Source: Sulfurimonadaceae bacterium
GTDB taxonomy: Bacteria > Campylobacterota > Campylobacteria > Campylobacterales > Sulfurimonadaceae
Assembly: GCA_041571435.1 (NCBI GenBank)
Contig: JBFFUI010000001.1
Location: 1 to 64,000 of the forward strand
Length of the DNA: 64,000 bases
Direction of reading: 5' to 3'
Positions within the stretch are counted from its first letter, which is position 1. Each line of letters starts with the position of its first letter. A model generated the notes under the pieces. That model ran no database searches. It saw nothing but the letters and a program-made list of their open reading frames with translations, and was not told where the DNA came from. Made by a program: the position numbers and the translations under genes. Positions 48,638 to 57,652 of this stretch are shown in pieces.

Positions 48638-49602
48638 CGATCACCCTCATACTGCTCACATTCATCCTATCGCTGGTCCTCACCCTTGCTATCCGCTACT
48701 ATGCGCACCGTAAAGATCTGCTTGACCACCCTAATGACCGCAGTTCGCATGTCACACCTACACCCAAAGGCGGCGGTTTGGCGGTCATGGTCGCCTTTTA
48801 CGGTGCGTTGAGTTTTCTCTACTTTCAAGATCAGGTCGAGGGCCGGCTCTTTTTTGCATTGTGCTCCGCACTGCCGGTAGTTCTCGTCAGCCTGATCGAC
48901 GACCTCTATCCGCTCTCGGCCAGAGTACGTTTTGCAGTTCAGCTTCTGAGTGCGCTCACTGCCCTCGCTTTTTTAGGCGGTGTCGACACCCTCAACCTTG
49001 CCCTTTTTCCACTCTCGGGCATCTGGGTAAACCTCTTGGCCCTAATGGGTATCATCTGGATGACGAATCTCTACAACTTCCTCGACGGCATCGACGGCTA
49101 CGCCGGTTCACAGGCCCTTTTTGTCGGCGTGGCGGCCTACGACCTCTTCGGCAGTGAAACAGCATTTCTGATCGCAATAGCCGCTGCAGGCTTTTTAGTG
49201 TTCAACTGGCACAAGGCATCCATCTTTATGGGCGATGTCGGCAGCGCACCGCTTGGTTTCATCTTTGCGGTCCTCATGCTGTATGATGCCGCTTCGACAC
49301 ACTTTCTGGGCTGGCTTATGCTGCTCTCTCTCTTTTGGTTTGATGCGACACTCACCCTTCTCCGTCGTGCGATCAGAGGCGAAAAACTGTCACAGGCACA
49401 TAAGAAACATGCCTACCAGCGGCTCAATCAGTCCGGATATTCCCACAGCAAAGTGGTTCTCTTGGCCATGTCACTTAACCTACTTATAGGGGTCATACTC
49501 TATTTTGCCCCTGAAAACAGCTACTTATATCTCTTTTTAGCCCTCATGGTGGTATTATATTCTCTCATAAAATGGATCGACACCAAGAAGGCCTTTGATT
49601 GA
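48634..49602 (+). CDS. Polytopic MraY/WecA-family initiating phosphoglycosyl transferase (WbpL-like)
   Basis: PNDRSSH..PTPKGGG, DD, NLYNFLDGIDG, FMGDVGS, HKKHAYQ. Confidence 0.9.
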   Translation: MTITLILLTFILSLVLTLAIRYYAHRKDLLDHPNDRSSHVTPTPKGGGLAVMVAFYGALSFLYFQDQVEGRLFFALCSALPVVLVSLIDDLYPLSARVRFAVQLLSALTALAFLGGVDTLNLALFPLSGIWVNLLALMGIIWMTNLYNFLDGIDGYAGSQALFVGVAAYDLFGSETAFLIAIAAAGFLVFNWHKASIFMGDVGSAPLGFIFAVLMLYDAASTHFLGWLMLLSLFWFDATLTLLRRAIRGEKLSQAHKKHAYQRLNQSGYSHSKVVLLAMSLNLLIGVILYFAPENSYLYLFLALMVVLYSLIKWIDTKKAFD

Positions 49603-51374
49603 ATTTATTACAACCCAGCTTTGCAAAACGGCTTCTCTTCTTTTTACTCAGTGACCTGATCCTCTTTTTCATCTCGCTGCATCTGGCCTATGCACTGCGT
49701 TTTGACTTTGTCATTGAGCCGCGATTCATGGAAAACTTTGTGACAGTATTCGTCACGCTGGCACTCTTAAAAATACTCTTCTTTTTTCTGTTCAGGGTCT
49801 ACAACATCACCTGGCGCTTCTTCGGTCTTGATGATGCCCTGAACCTCATAAAAGCCCATTTAGCAGCCGCTATCACTTTCGGTGCCCTCTTTTACCTCTT
49901 CTATGATTTCTTTATGCCGATCCCGAGAAGCGTGATCCTTATCGACCTCTTTCTCTCACTGATGCTGACCGGTGCCCTGCGCATCTCGAAACGAGCACTC
50001 TCGGAACAGCTCACAAGAGGCGAACATAGACAGACGCTCATCATCGGTGTCAACCCTAAGACAAGTTCTATTATCAAAAGTGCGCTTAACGGCGAACTGA
50101 ACTACTTTCCGGTAGCTATCTTCGCGCTTCTCGAAGAGAATCAGAGTGCCATCAACACCTACATCAACAAAGTGAAGGTCTATGCATCGGCAGCGCTTGA
50201 ACAGCAGATATCAAAACTGAACATCACCGCCGCCATCATCACCGCCGATCTCTCCCAAACCGACCTGAAAGCGCTCTTTAAACGTCTGAATGAAGCCGGT
50301 ATAGAGGAGATAAAGCTGGCCAAGATCCTGGGATCGCAACATGAAAGACTGGAAGACCTCTCCATTGAAGATCTGCTTGCACGCCATCCGCAGGATCTTG
50401 ACAATGAAGCAATCGCCGCATTTATAAAAGGCAAGAACGTCCTGATCACCGGAGCCGGCGGCAGTATAGGCTCGGAGATAACGATGCAGTGCAGAGCCTT
50501 TGGTGCCGCCTCACTGACGCTGGTCGACAACAGTGAGTTCAACCTTTATCAGATCGCTGAAGAGCTTCCCGAAGCCACACACGCACTCTGTTCTGTCACC
50601 GACTATCAAAGTCTGGATCGGCTCTTTGCTGAACATCCTGCCGACATCGTCATCCACGCCGCCGCCTACAAACATGTTCCGCTCTGCGAAGAGAACATAG
50701 AGATCGCCCTCACCAACAATATCATCGGCACAAAGAACGTGGTGGATCTCAGTATCAAACACAAGGTCAAAAAAGTGGTCATCATCTCCACCGACAAGGC
50801 TGTCCGTCCGACCAATGTCATGGGGACGACCAAACGCATCGGCGAGCTTTACGCCCAAAATGTCGACAGCAGAGAGACAGAGATCGTCGCCGTACGTTTT
50901 GGCAACGTCCTGGGAAGCTCAGGCAGTGTCATCCCGAAATTTAAAAAGCAGATCGAAGCCGGCGGTCCGGTCACGGTGACGGACAGAGAGATGACCCGCT
51001 ACTTCATGTTGATCCCGGAAGCCTGTCAGCTTGTGCTGCAGGCAGCGTCAATCGCCAAAGGAAACGAGCTCTTTATTCTCGACATGGGCGAACCGGTCAG
51101 GATCTATGACCTGGCCCAGCAGATGATCAGACTGTATGGCAAAGAAGATGAGATAGAGATCACCATCTCAGGCCTGCGCGCCGGCGAAAAGCTCTATGAA
51201 GAGCTGTTGATCGATGAGAGTGAGAAAAAGACAGAGTACAGCTCGATCTTTATTGCCAATCCGACACACTATCCTATAGAACAGTTGGAAAACGACATTG
51301 AAGCGCTACTGCAATCGGAGAACAAGATAGAAGCTCTGAAGAAGATCGTGCCTGAATTTACGCATAAGGCGTAG
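49599..51374 (+). CDS. pglF: UDP-GlcNAc 4,6-dehydratase (PglF/WbpM/CapD)
   Basis: N-terminal TMs; TGAGGSIGSE, HAAAYKHVP, STDKAVRPTNVMG, RFGNVLGSSGSV. Confidence 0.9.
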   Translation: MNLLQPSFAKRLLFFLLSDLILFFISLHLAYALRFDFVIEPRFMENFVTVFVTLALLKILFFFLFRVYNITWRFFGLDDALNLIKAHLAAAITFGALFYLFYDFFMPIPRSVILIDLFLSLMLTGALRISKRALSEQLTRGEHRQTLIIGVNPKTSSIIKSALNGELNYFPVAIFALLEENQSAINTYINKVKVYASAALEQQISKLNITAAIITADLSQTDLKALFKRLNEAGIEEIKLAKILGSQHERLEDLSIEDLLARHPQDLDNEAIAAFIKGKNVLITGAGGSIGSEITMQCRAFGAASLTLVDNSEFNLYQIAEELPEATHALCSVTDYQSLDRLFAEHPADIVIHAAAYKHVPLCEENIEIALTNNIIGTKNVVDLSIKHKVKKVVIISTDKAVRPTNVMGTTKRIGELYAQNVDSRETEIVAVRFGNVLGSSGSVIPKFKKQIEAGGPVTVTDREMTRYFMLIPEACQLVLQAASIAKGNELFILDMGEPVRIYDLAQQMIRLYGKEDEIEITISGLRAGEKLYEELLIDESEKKTEYSSIFIANPTHYPIEQLENDIEALLQSENKIEALKKIVPEFTHKA

Positions 51375-51393
51375 AGGAGTGTGGATAAGGGCA

Positions 51394-51418
51394 ACGCTTG
51401 AGCTGTTGCGTCAAGCGT
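51394..51418. terminator. Hairpin between convergent pglF and ilvD
   Basis: ACGCTTGA-N9-TCAAGCGT, 8-bp perfect stem. Confidence 0.5.
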
Positions 51419-51426
51419 CTGCCGGA

Positions 51427-53112
51427 TTACAGTTCAGTCTTTAGCGCGGCACCGTTCGATGCATTGCTGACAAGAAGGCTGTAACGTTTCAGCCATTTTG
51501 AAGTGATCTCCTTCTTGACCGGTTTCCAGTGAATACGGCGACGCTCAAGCTCTTCACCGTCGACATTCAGCTGAAGAAGATGCGTATCAACATCAAGTTC
51601 GATCTCGTCACCGTCTTCGATCAGCGCGATTAGACCGCCCTCTGCCGCTTCTGGAGAGACGTGGCCGATACTTGCACCGCGCGTCGCTCCCGAGAAGCGG
51701 CCGTCTGTGATCAGTGCAACACTTTCGCCAAGTCCCATACCCATGATCAGTGACGTCGGGGCAAGCATCTCCTGCATACCCGGACCGCCTTTAGGGCCTT
51801 CGTAACGGATCACGACAACATTGCCCGCTTTGACTTTGTGGCCCATTATACCAGCGATCGCCTCTTGCTGCGAGTTGAAACAGACCGCCGTCCCTTTGAA
51901 CTGACGCATACCCGCTGCGATACCTGCTGTCTTGACAACGGCACCCTCTTCCGCAAGGTTACCGAACAGGATCGAAAGACCGCCGACAGGCGAGAAGGCG
52001 TTGTCATTGGTATGGATGATGCTGGTATCTTTGATGTCGGCATCTTTGATACGTTCCGCCAGGGTCTCACCCGTAACGGTCAACACATTCGTACGCAGGA
52101 TGTCCCCGCGCTTGCTGACCTCTTTCATCACCGCGTTGACACCGCCGGCACGGTTGATGTCGTCCATGTGAACGGTTGAAAGCGACGGCGATATCTTCGC
52201 AATGTGCGCGACATCTTTACCGATCTCATTGATGTTGGTGATATCAAACTCGACCTCGGCCTCTTTGGCGATAGAGAGAAGGTGCAGTACCGTGTTGGAC
52301 GAACCGCCCATCGCCATATCGATGACAAAGGCGTTGTGGATCGCATCTTCGTTCAGGATGTTGCGCATCTTCCATTTAGGGTCTTCGCTCTTGGCCATCT
52401 CCACGATGCGTTTGGCAGCCTCTTTGACCATCTCGATACGCTCCGGTGTCATGGCCAGAACCGTACCGTTACCCGGCAGTGCCACACCCATCGCTTCACA
52501 CAGTGTGTTCATCGAGTTCGCTGTGAACATACCCGAGCATGAACCGCCGCTTGGACAGGCTTCGCACTCGATCTCGTAAAGCTCTTCGTCCGACATCTGC
52601 CCTTCGGCATGTTTTCCGACCGCTTCAAACGCGGTAGCAAGATCGATCGGTGTACCGTCGGCCTTGTGACCTGCCTTCATCGGACCGCCCGAAACAAAGA
52701 TCGTCGGTACGTTGACACGGAGTGCTCCCATCAACATACCCGGAACGATCTTGTCGCAGTTGGGGATACAGATAAGCGCATCCAGTTTATGCGCATTCAT
52801 AACGGTCTCGATCGAATCGGCGATCAGCTCACGTGACGGCAGCGAGTAGAGCATACCGTCATGCCCCATCGCGATACCGTCGTCGACACCGATCGTGTTA
52901 AACTCGAACGGCACGCCGCCCGCCTCACGGATCGCCTCTTTAACGATGCGGCCGTACTCCTGCAGGAAAAAGTGTCCCGGAATAATATCGATGTGGGAGT
53001 TGGCCACACCGATAAACGGTTTGTCAAAATCTTCGTCTTTTAGACCTGTTGCCCGCAATAGAGAACGGTGGGGTGTTTTATCGAACCCTCTTTTTATAGT
53101 ATCACTGCGCAT
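51427..53112 (-). CDS. ilvD: Dihydroxy-acid dehydratase
   Basis: [40 protein letters not shown]. Confidence 0.97.
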   Translation of the reverse strand: MRSDTIKRGFDKTPHRSLLRATGLKDEDFDKPFIGVANSHIDIIPGHFFLQEYGRIVKEAIREAGGVPFEFNTIGVDDGIAMGHDGMLYSLPSRELIADSIETVMNAHKLDALICIPNCDKIVPGMLMGALRVNVPTIFVSGGPMKAGHKADGTPIDLATAFEAVGKHAEGQMSDEELYEIECEACPSGGSCSGMFTANSMNTLCEAMGVALPGNGTVLAMTPERIEMVKEAAKRIVEMAKSEDPKWKMRNILNEDAIHNAFVIDMAMGGSSNTVLHLLSIAKEAEVEFDITNINEIGKDVAHIAKISPSLSTVHMDDINRAGGVNAVMKEVSKRGDILRTNVLTVTGETLAERIKDADIKDTSIIHTNDNAFSPVGGLSILFGNLAEEGAVVKTAGIAAGMRQFKGTAVCFNSQQEAIAGIMGHKVKAGNVVVIRYEGPKGGPGMQEMLAPTSLIMGMGLGESVALITDGRFSGATRGASIGHVSPEAAEGGLIALIEDGDEIELDVDTHLLQLNVDGEELERRRIHWKPVKKEITSKWLKRYSLLVSNASNGAALKTEL

Positions 53113-53211
53113 GAAGTACCCTTGCTGTATATAATAGTGATGCGATTATATCAAATTACAGCCCTTATTCTAAGGCTTGTTCAAAAAATTTATATTTTTT
53201 CAAAAAAACCC

Positions 53212-53240
53212 TTTACAAGGCAAATCTTTTTTGCTATACT
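53212..53240 (+). promoter_or_regulatory. Sigma70 promoter of the tRNA operon
   Basis: TTTACA-17 nt-TATACT with extended TG and GC-rich discriminator. Confidence 0.7.
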
Positions 53241-53261
53241 TCCGCCCTACAACGACAAAGT

Positions 53262-53336
53262 GCGGGAATAGCTCAGTGGTAGAGCACAACCTTGCCAAGG
53301 TTGGGGTCGCGAGTTCGAACCTCGTTTCCCGCTCCA
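53262..53336 (+). tRNA. tRNA-Gly(GCC)
   Basis: Cloverleaf, anticodon GCC, encoded CCA. Confidence 0.97.
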
Positions 53337-53405
53337 TAAACACTTTATATGATTTCTTTTATAAGAAGTTATATAAAGTGTTTGCGTTGTACACAATGGC
53401 AAGAT

Positions 53406-53492
53406 GCCCGGATGGCGAAATTGGTAGACGCAAGGGACTTAAAATCCCTCGGTGGTAACACTGTACCGGTTCAAGTCCGGTTCCGGGCACCA
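53406..53492 (+). tRNA. tRNA-Leu(TAA)
   Basis: Anticodon TAA, long variable arm, CCA. Confidence 0.97.
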
Positions 53493-53499
53493 CCAGAGT

Positions 53500-53573
53500 G
53501 GTGCCATCGCCAAGTGGTAAGGCCGCAGCCTGCAAAGCTGCTATCCCCGGTTCAAATCCGGGTGGCACCTCCA
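53500..53573 (+). tRNA. tRNA-Cys(GCA)
   Basis: Anticodon GCA, U73, CCA. Confidence 0.97.
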
Positions 53574-53596
53574 CCTTTTTACGTAACACTTAACAT

Positions 53597-53685
53597 GGAG
53601 ATCTGGCTGAGTTGGTCGAAAGCACCGGTCTTGAAAACCGGCGAGGGTCACACCTCCCAGGGTTCGAATCCCTGGGTCTCCACCA
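53597..53685 (+). tRNA. tRNA-Ser(TGA)
   Basis: Anticodon TGA, long variable arm, CCA. Confidence 0.95.
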
Positions 53686-53999
53686 CTACATTTTACAATC
53701 CCTAACAAACCCCTAAATTACGAACTTTCAAACGATTTAAAAAACGATGCTTTTCTAAAAGTGATACCTAATATGTATTTTTATCAACTTTCTTTTTACG
53801 TTTTAACTTTCTAAATTTCACCACATGTCTCCTCTTTTATCTCTAAACAAGAACAATTTTTGTCGTATTGAACTGTTTTGTTAATTTTAAACATTTTTTG
53901 TAGAAAAAAGTAATTAATTGTTTAAGACTATAGTGTATAGAATGTCCGGTATTAAATAGTTAGGCTAAAAAAATAAAAACGCTATTATTCATATCAGTT

Positions 54000-54452
54000 T
54001 TGCTCTTTAGCGTTATTGGTAATGCACAGTCTCAAGATGTATGCATAGCTAATAATTTGGCACAAATATCAGGTGTCATGCCCGGTGATTCTAAAAAAAT
54101 CGTTATAGAGAAACTAGGCAAACCTGATTCTGTAACACTTAAGCATGATAGGGATTCTAGCGGACAAAATGCTGGAGAATTTCTTCAGTATAAAGGGCTT
54201 GAGTTATTTGTTGCTAACATAGGTGGCGTTTCATATATGAAAGCATACAACGCTAAATATGAAAGCGTTTATGGTATTAAAGTAGGCATGTCATATGAAA
54301 AAGTTAGCAAATTACTCGATTCAACTGATAAGAACAAAATAATTATTTATCTTTGTAATCAACCTGATATCGTAGATACTCATTTTATTTTTAATTTCAG
54401 CGCTATAGGAGGCACTCTTGAATCTATTGAATTACAACAAAGCGAATTGTAA
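54000..54452 (+). CDS. Cassette-encoded secreted hypothetical protein
   Basis: Frame opens at ATA 53973 (IKTLLFISVLLF signal peptide); GDSKKIVIEKLGKP and GIKVGMSYEKV repeats. Confidence 0.6.
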   Translation: MLFSVIGNAQSQDVCIANNLAQISGVMPGDSKKIVIEKLGKPDSVTLKHDRDSSGQNAGEFLQYKGLELFVANIGGVSYMKAYNAKYESVYGIKVGMSYEKVSKLLDSTDKNKIIIYLCNQPDIVDTHFIFNFSAIGGTLESIELQQSEL

Positions 54453-54524
54453 GCCTAACAAACCAAAGGAGACCAATCAAAAACCCGCGAGCGGCTTTTT
54501 GATTGCTCATCTTAAACGTTATGT
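54453..54524 (+). repeat. attC-like recombination site (72 bp)
   Basis: R'' GCCTAAC immediately after the stop; internal palindrome CAATCAAAAA..CCGC/GCGG..TTTTTGATTG; R' GTTATGT. Confidence 0.75.
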
Positions 54525-54546
54525 TCCCAAATCTAAAGGATAAAAA

Positions 54547-55338
54547 ATGATAAAAATATTATCGTCAGCCATACTTCTCTTAAGTATAGGTGTCGACCTG
54601 CACGCTTACAACTATGGCTCACTTGAAGGCAATATGAAAGGGTGTGAAGAAGGTAATCCAAAGGCATGCAATGATTTGGCCGGAATGTATCTCTCTGGTG
54701 AGAGTAAATATAAATTAAGAGAAGACAAAACAAAAGCCCAAGAGTTCTATGACAAATCAATGAGCCTATATAGCAAATATTGTGATGAAGGGGATGCAAA
54801 AGCCTGTTTCGATTTAGGAGACAAATATAATGGAATGAGATAGGGTATTGACCAGAACTATACGATGATGATGAAGTACTATACCAAGTCATGCGAATAT
54901 GGTTATGGTTTTGCGTGTAATGAACTTGGGGGAGCATACAAGAGGGGCAGAGGTGTCAACAAAGACAAAGCTAAGTCACAAATATTTTATGACAAAGCCC
55001 TTGTTCTGTATGAAAAAGAGTGTGTAGGTGGAATGGCAAAATCTTGTAAACACCTAGGCCTAATCTATCTGCTTGAAATGTACGGCACTAAAAATATCGA
55101 CAACAAAGCAAAAAAACATTTTAAAAAAGCATATGATATTTATGAAACTGATTGTAACAATAATGATGCAGAAGGATGTTATCAAATCGCATCATCTTAC
55201 CTGAGAGGCGATAAAGTTATAAATATTGTCAAAGACGAAATATTAGCCAAAGAATTTTATGAGAAGTCATGCAAACTAGGCGAATCAAGTGCCTGTCATG
55301 AAGCAAGGCGAATTGGCGAAAAACTAAATATGCCCTAA
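54547..55338 (+). pseudogene. Sel1-like repeat (Hcp-like, Cys-rich) protein split by in-frame TAG at 54841-54843
   Basis: ORFs 54547-54843 and 54865-55338 are in the same frame; the repeat pattern continues across the stop. Confidence 0.75.
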
Positions 55339-55374
55339 TAATGAGGGAGATAACAAAGGAGACCAGTTAAAAAC

Positions 55375-55479
55375 CTACGGTTGTCCCAGTTTGATATAGA
55401 CCGATACTGCGATGATGCCCATATAGACGATCGCAATGTAATTTATCTTTCTTCGGTAGTAGTGTGTCAACGCTTTCAT
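55375..55479 (-). CDS. Small 34-aa membrane peptide
   Basis: AAGGAAACAAG-ATG; MKALTHYYRRKINYIAIVYMGIIAVSVYIKLGQP; follows 55492 gene. Confidence 0.4.
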   Translation of the reverse strand: MKALTHYYRRKINYIAIVYMGIIAVSVYIKLGQP

Positions 55480-55491
55480 CTTGTTTCCTTT

Positions 55492-55914
55492 TTATAGCTT
55501 GAGTTGGATATTTTCGCAGTGGTCCTGCTCATGGGAACAGGCCGTAGAGACTTGGCGGTCCAGCGGTTTCTCGATCAACGACTCCACGATCGTCTGCTGG
55601 AACCCGCACAGTTTTTTGCCGCTGATGACCATTAGCGGTCTTTTGATAAGGATCGGTTCGCGCATCAGCAGCTGCAGTGCCACCGCCGGACTCATCTGCT
55701 CCGGTTTGACCGTCCCGTTCTTGATGGCCGGGGCATTCGGATTGAACCACTCGGTATGCGGCTTGTCCAGTAAAAAGGCGTAGAGCTCGTTGGTAGCCAG
55801 CCCGTGTTCCAGAAGATTACACTCGATCACGATACACCCCGCTTCACGAAGGATCTTCTTCTGCTTGGCATTGGTGACGCAGCCCGGTTTTTCGTAAAAG
55901 AGAACGATTTTCAT
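55492..55914 (-). CDS. Nitrogenase-associated ArsC-family protein
   Basis: FYEKPGC..NAKQKxxL, WFNPNAPAIKNG, PILIKRPL. Confidence 0.8.
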   Translation of the reverse strand: MKIVLFYEKPGCVTNAKQKKILREAGCIVIECNLLEHGLATNELYAFLLDKPHTEWFNPNAPAIKNGTVKPEQMSPAVALQLLMREPILIKRPLMVISGKKLCGFQQTIVESLIEKPLDRQVSTACSHEQDHCENIQLKL

Positions 55915-56165
55915 CCCATTTCCACCATATCGATCGCTTTGTCGGTCAGACAGTAGGTCTGGATACCGTCGTCATGCAGGTTCATGCATTCGCTGACACA
56001 GCCTGCATCGGAGAGGGTCTCTATGGTCGCTTCGATGACAGAGAGCTCAAGCCCCAGATATTCGGCCAAATCATACGAATCATAGACATTGTAGTTGTCT
56101 TCGTCACAAAGGTTGTAAATTCCTTTCATAACACTTTTGATAATAGGCGGTGTCACAACACTCAT
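55911..56165 (-). CDS. Small winged-helix-like hypothetical protein
   Basis: 84 aa, translationally coupled on both sides; DLAEYLGLELSVIEATIETL. Confidence 0.6.
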   Translation of the reverse strand: MSVVTPPIIKSVMKGIYNLCDEDNYNVYDSYDLAEYLGLELSVIEATIETLSDAGCVSECMNLHDDGIQTYCLTDKAIDMVEMG

Positions 56166-57199
56166 GCCGTCTCCTTAAGTACGTTGATCTGCTTCTGCCA
56201 GGCGATCTTCTGAAGCGGGTGAAGCGAGGTCCGCTCCATCCACTGCTCAAAAGCGCTGACATAATGCTCTTTTACATACAAATGCAAGTTCTGTACCTGT
56301 TCGCCAAGCAGCTGCAGGTAAGCTCTCGCCTCATCGACACTAAACCTTTTCACAGGCTGCAGGCGGCGTGAAACACCCTCGAGAAGCTTCTCATCGGCCG
56401 CGTCGCCGACGATCTCCAAGAACCTTGACGCCGCGCTCGGGTCGGCAAAGGTCTCGTTCCAGATACGCCCGTTGATCACCTGGTCGCAGGCCAGGTCCAT
56501 AAAGACGGGGTAGCGCTCCAGCACTGCCACCAGCTCGGTAAAATCATTGTCGACCATGGCACGAAACAACATTCGGCTACGATTGCGTATCTTGACACGC
56601 AGTTTGTCGTCGTTGATCACCTCTTTGTTGACCAGGTTAAAACGCTCGAGTGCCCAAAGACGCGAGTGGTTGAAGGCCATGATCGCAACAATGACATTTT
56701 TGTCGCTCACCTGGTCGGGGTGTGATCCGGATGGTCGGTAAAAGGCCCACTCCAGGCGCGCCTCCACATCCTCATGGTGCATGTAGAGCGCATCGCCTCT
56801 CGCTTCGTAATCACTCTCTTCCTGAAGCGCCTCTATCGCCTCGGGTCTGTAGTGTTCCATGATGTAGTCGATGGACTCCTCAAGGCGCTTGTCGCCGCCG
56901 AAGATGACGTCGTTTGTCGTGATGCCCGTCGTAAAGCCCATCACCGTGTGGTCACGCCCTTCATACGAGCTCAGGGTCTCGCGGGTCTCCCACGAGGCGC
57001 CCAGACAGGTCTGCGGCCCGTGCACCAGGTGCACGGCGTCGGCATAGGGAAAGAGCGAGATCTGCGCGCCGTCAAACGCACAGCCCCCCGCCGCCAGTCC
57101 GGGTTTTGGCATGTCACAGCCGGCACCCGGTTTTTTGTCCTTACTGTGCGAACAGGCACTCTCGTTCATCAGCTCTTTGATCTTTGCGCGATTGACCAT
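56162..57199 (-). pseudogene. nifE: Chimera: NifE N-terminal ~122 aa fused in frame to an unrelated C-terminal region
   Basis: PGLAAGGCAFDGAQISL.P.ADAVHLVHGP..C...NDVIFGGDKRL...YRPEAI, then similarity ends where FVY.TCV is expected. Confidence 0.75.
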
Positions 57200-57234
57200 G
57201 GGGTCTCCTTGCGATCTGTTGTTCTATACCCTAG

Positions 57235-57250
57235 TGCAAGAAGTGTGCGA
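57235..57250 (-). promoter_or_regulatory. Degenerate sigma-54 (-24/-12) promoter upstream of nifE
   Basis: TCGCAC-N5-TTGCA versus consensus TGGCAC-N5-TTGCA. Confidence 0.5.
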
Positions 57251-57300
57251 GTTGGCAGGAAGATAAGTATTTAAGGAGCTTTTACTCTTCACCCTCCAAC

Positions 57301-57438
57301 ATCAGAAAGGTCACCTGCTCCTTCGGCGTCAGCGCCGCCAGAAACCAAAACGACACCTTCGAGACCCTCTTCGAACAGGCCGACAAAGCGCTCTATCTTG
57401 CGAAAAAACTGGGGAAAAACAGGGTCTGCAGCTGGTAA
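57301..57438 (+). pseudogene. Orphan C-terminal fragment of a GGDEF domain
   Basis: IRKVTCSFGVS...LFEQADKALYLAKKLGKNRVCSW-stop; no start codon. Confidence 0.8.
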
Positions 57439-57453
57439 CGGCTAGCGGGAGCG
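57423..57453 (+). repeat. 31-bp direct repeat, copy 1
   Basis: GGTCTGCAGCTGGTAACGGCTAGCGGGAGCG, identical at 59385-59415. Confidence 0.9.
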
Positions 57454-57485
57454 AATGCTCTCGTTTAACAGCTCATTGATCTTTG

Positions 57486-57562
57486 CGCTTTTTCGAACAG
57501 AGAGGCTTCAGCGTCGAAGAGACCGTCATCGATGAGGACTAAGAGCTGTCCGAAGAGCTGGA
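57486..57562 (+). repeat. Degenerate 77-bp copy of an internal mdaB segment
   Basis: Aligns to 59597-59673 with ~6 mismatches, including TAC>TAA. Confidence 0.85.
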
Positions 57563-57652
57563 CATCCAAGCTATCTCGCCTATTCTTAAGTTGAATGCTG
57601 TATTATCAATATAAGTAATACTACTAAACACCTCTACGCTAAAAGGACCATC

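Larger units (their letters stand above)
53959..55375 (+). mobile_element. Two integron-type gene cassettes with no integrase in the window (CALIN-like)
   Basis: GTTAGGC (53959) - ORF - attC (54453-54524) - ORF - partial attC (55348-55375); AT-rich relative to flanks. Confidence 0.65.

Noticed and set aside
53068-53705. ORFs overlapping the tRNA cluster
   Set aside because: Spurious translations of tRNA genes
53686-53958. Prophage/ICE integrase or att duplication of the tRNA-Ser 3' end
   Set aside because: No integrase ORF and no second copy of the tRNA 3' end found in the window
54841-54843. Pyrrolysine or programmed readthrough of the TAG
   Set aside because: No pyl genes in the window; a nonsense mutation in a decaying cassette is simpler
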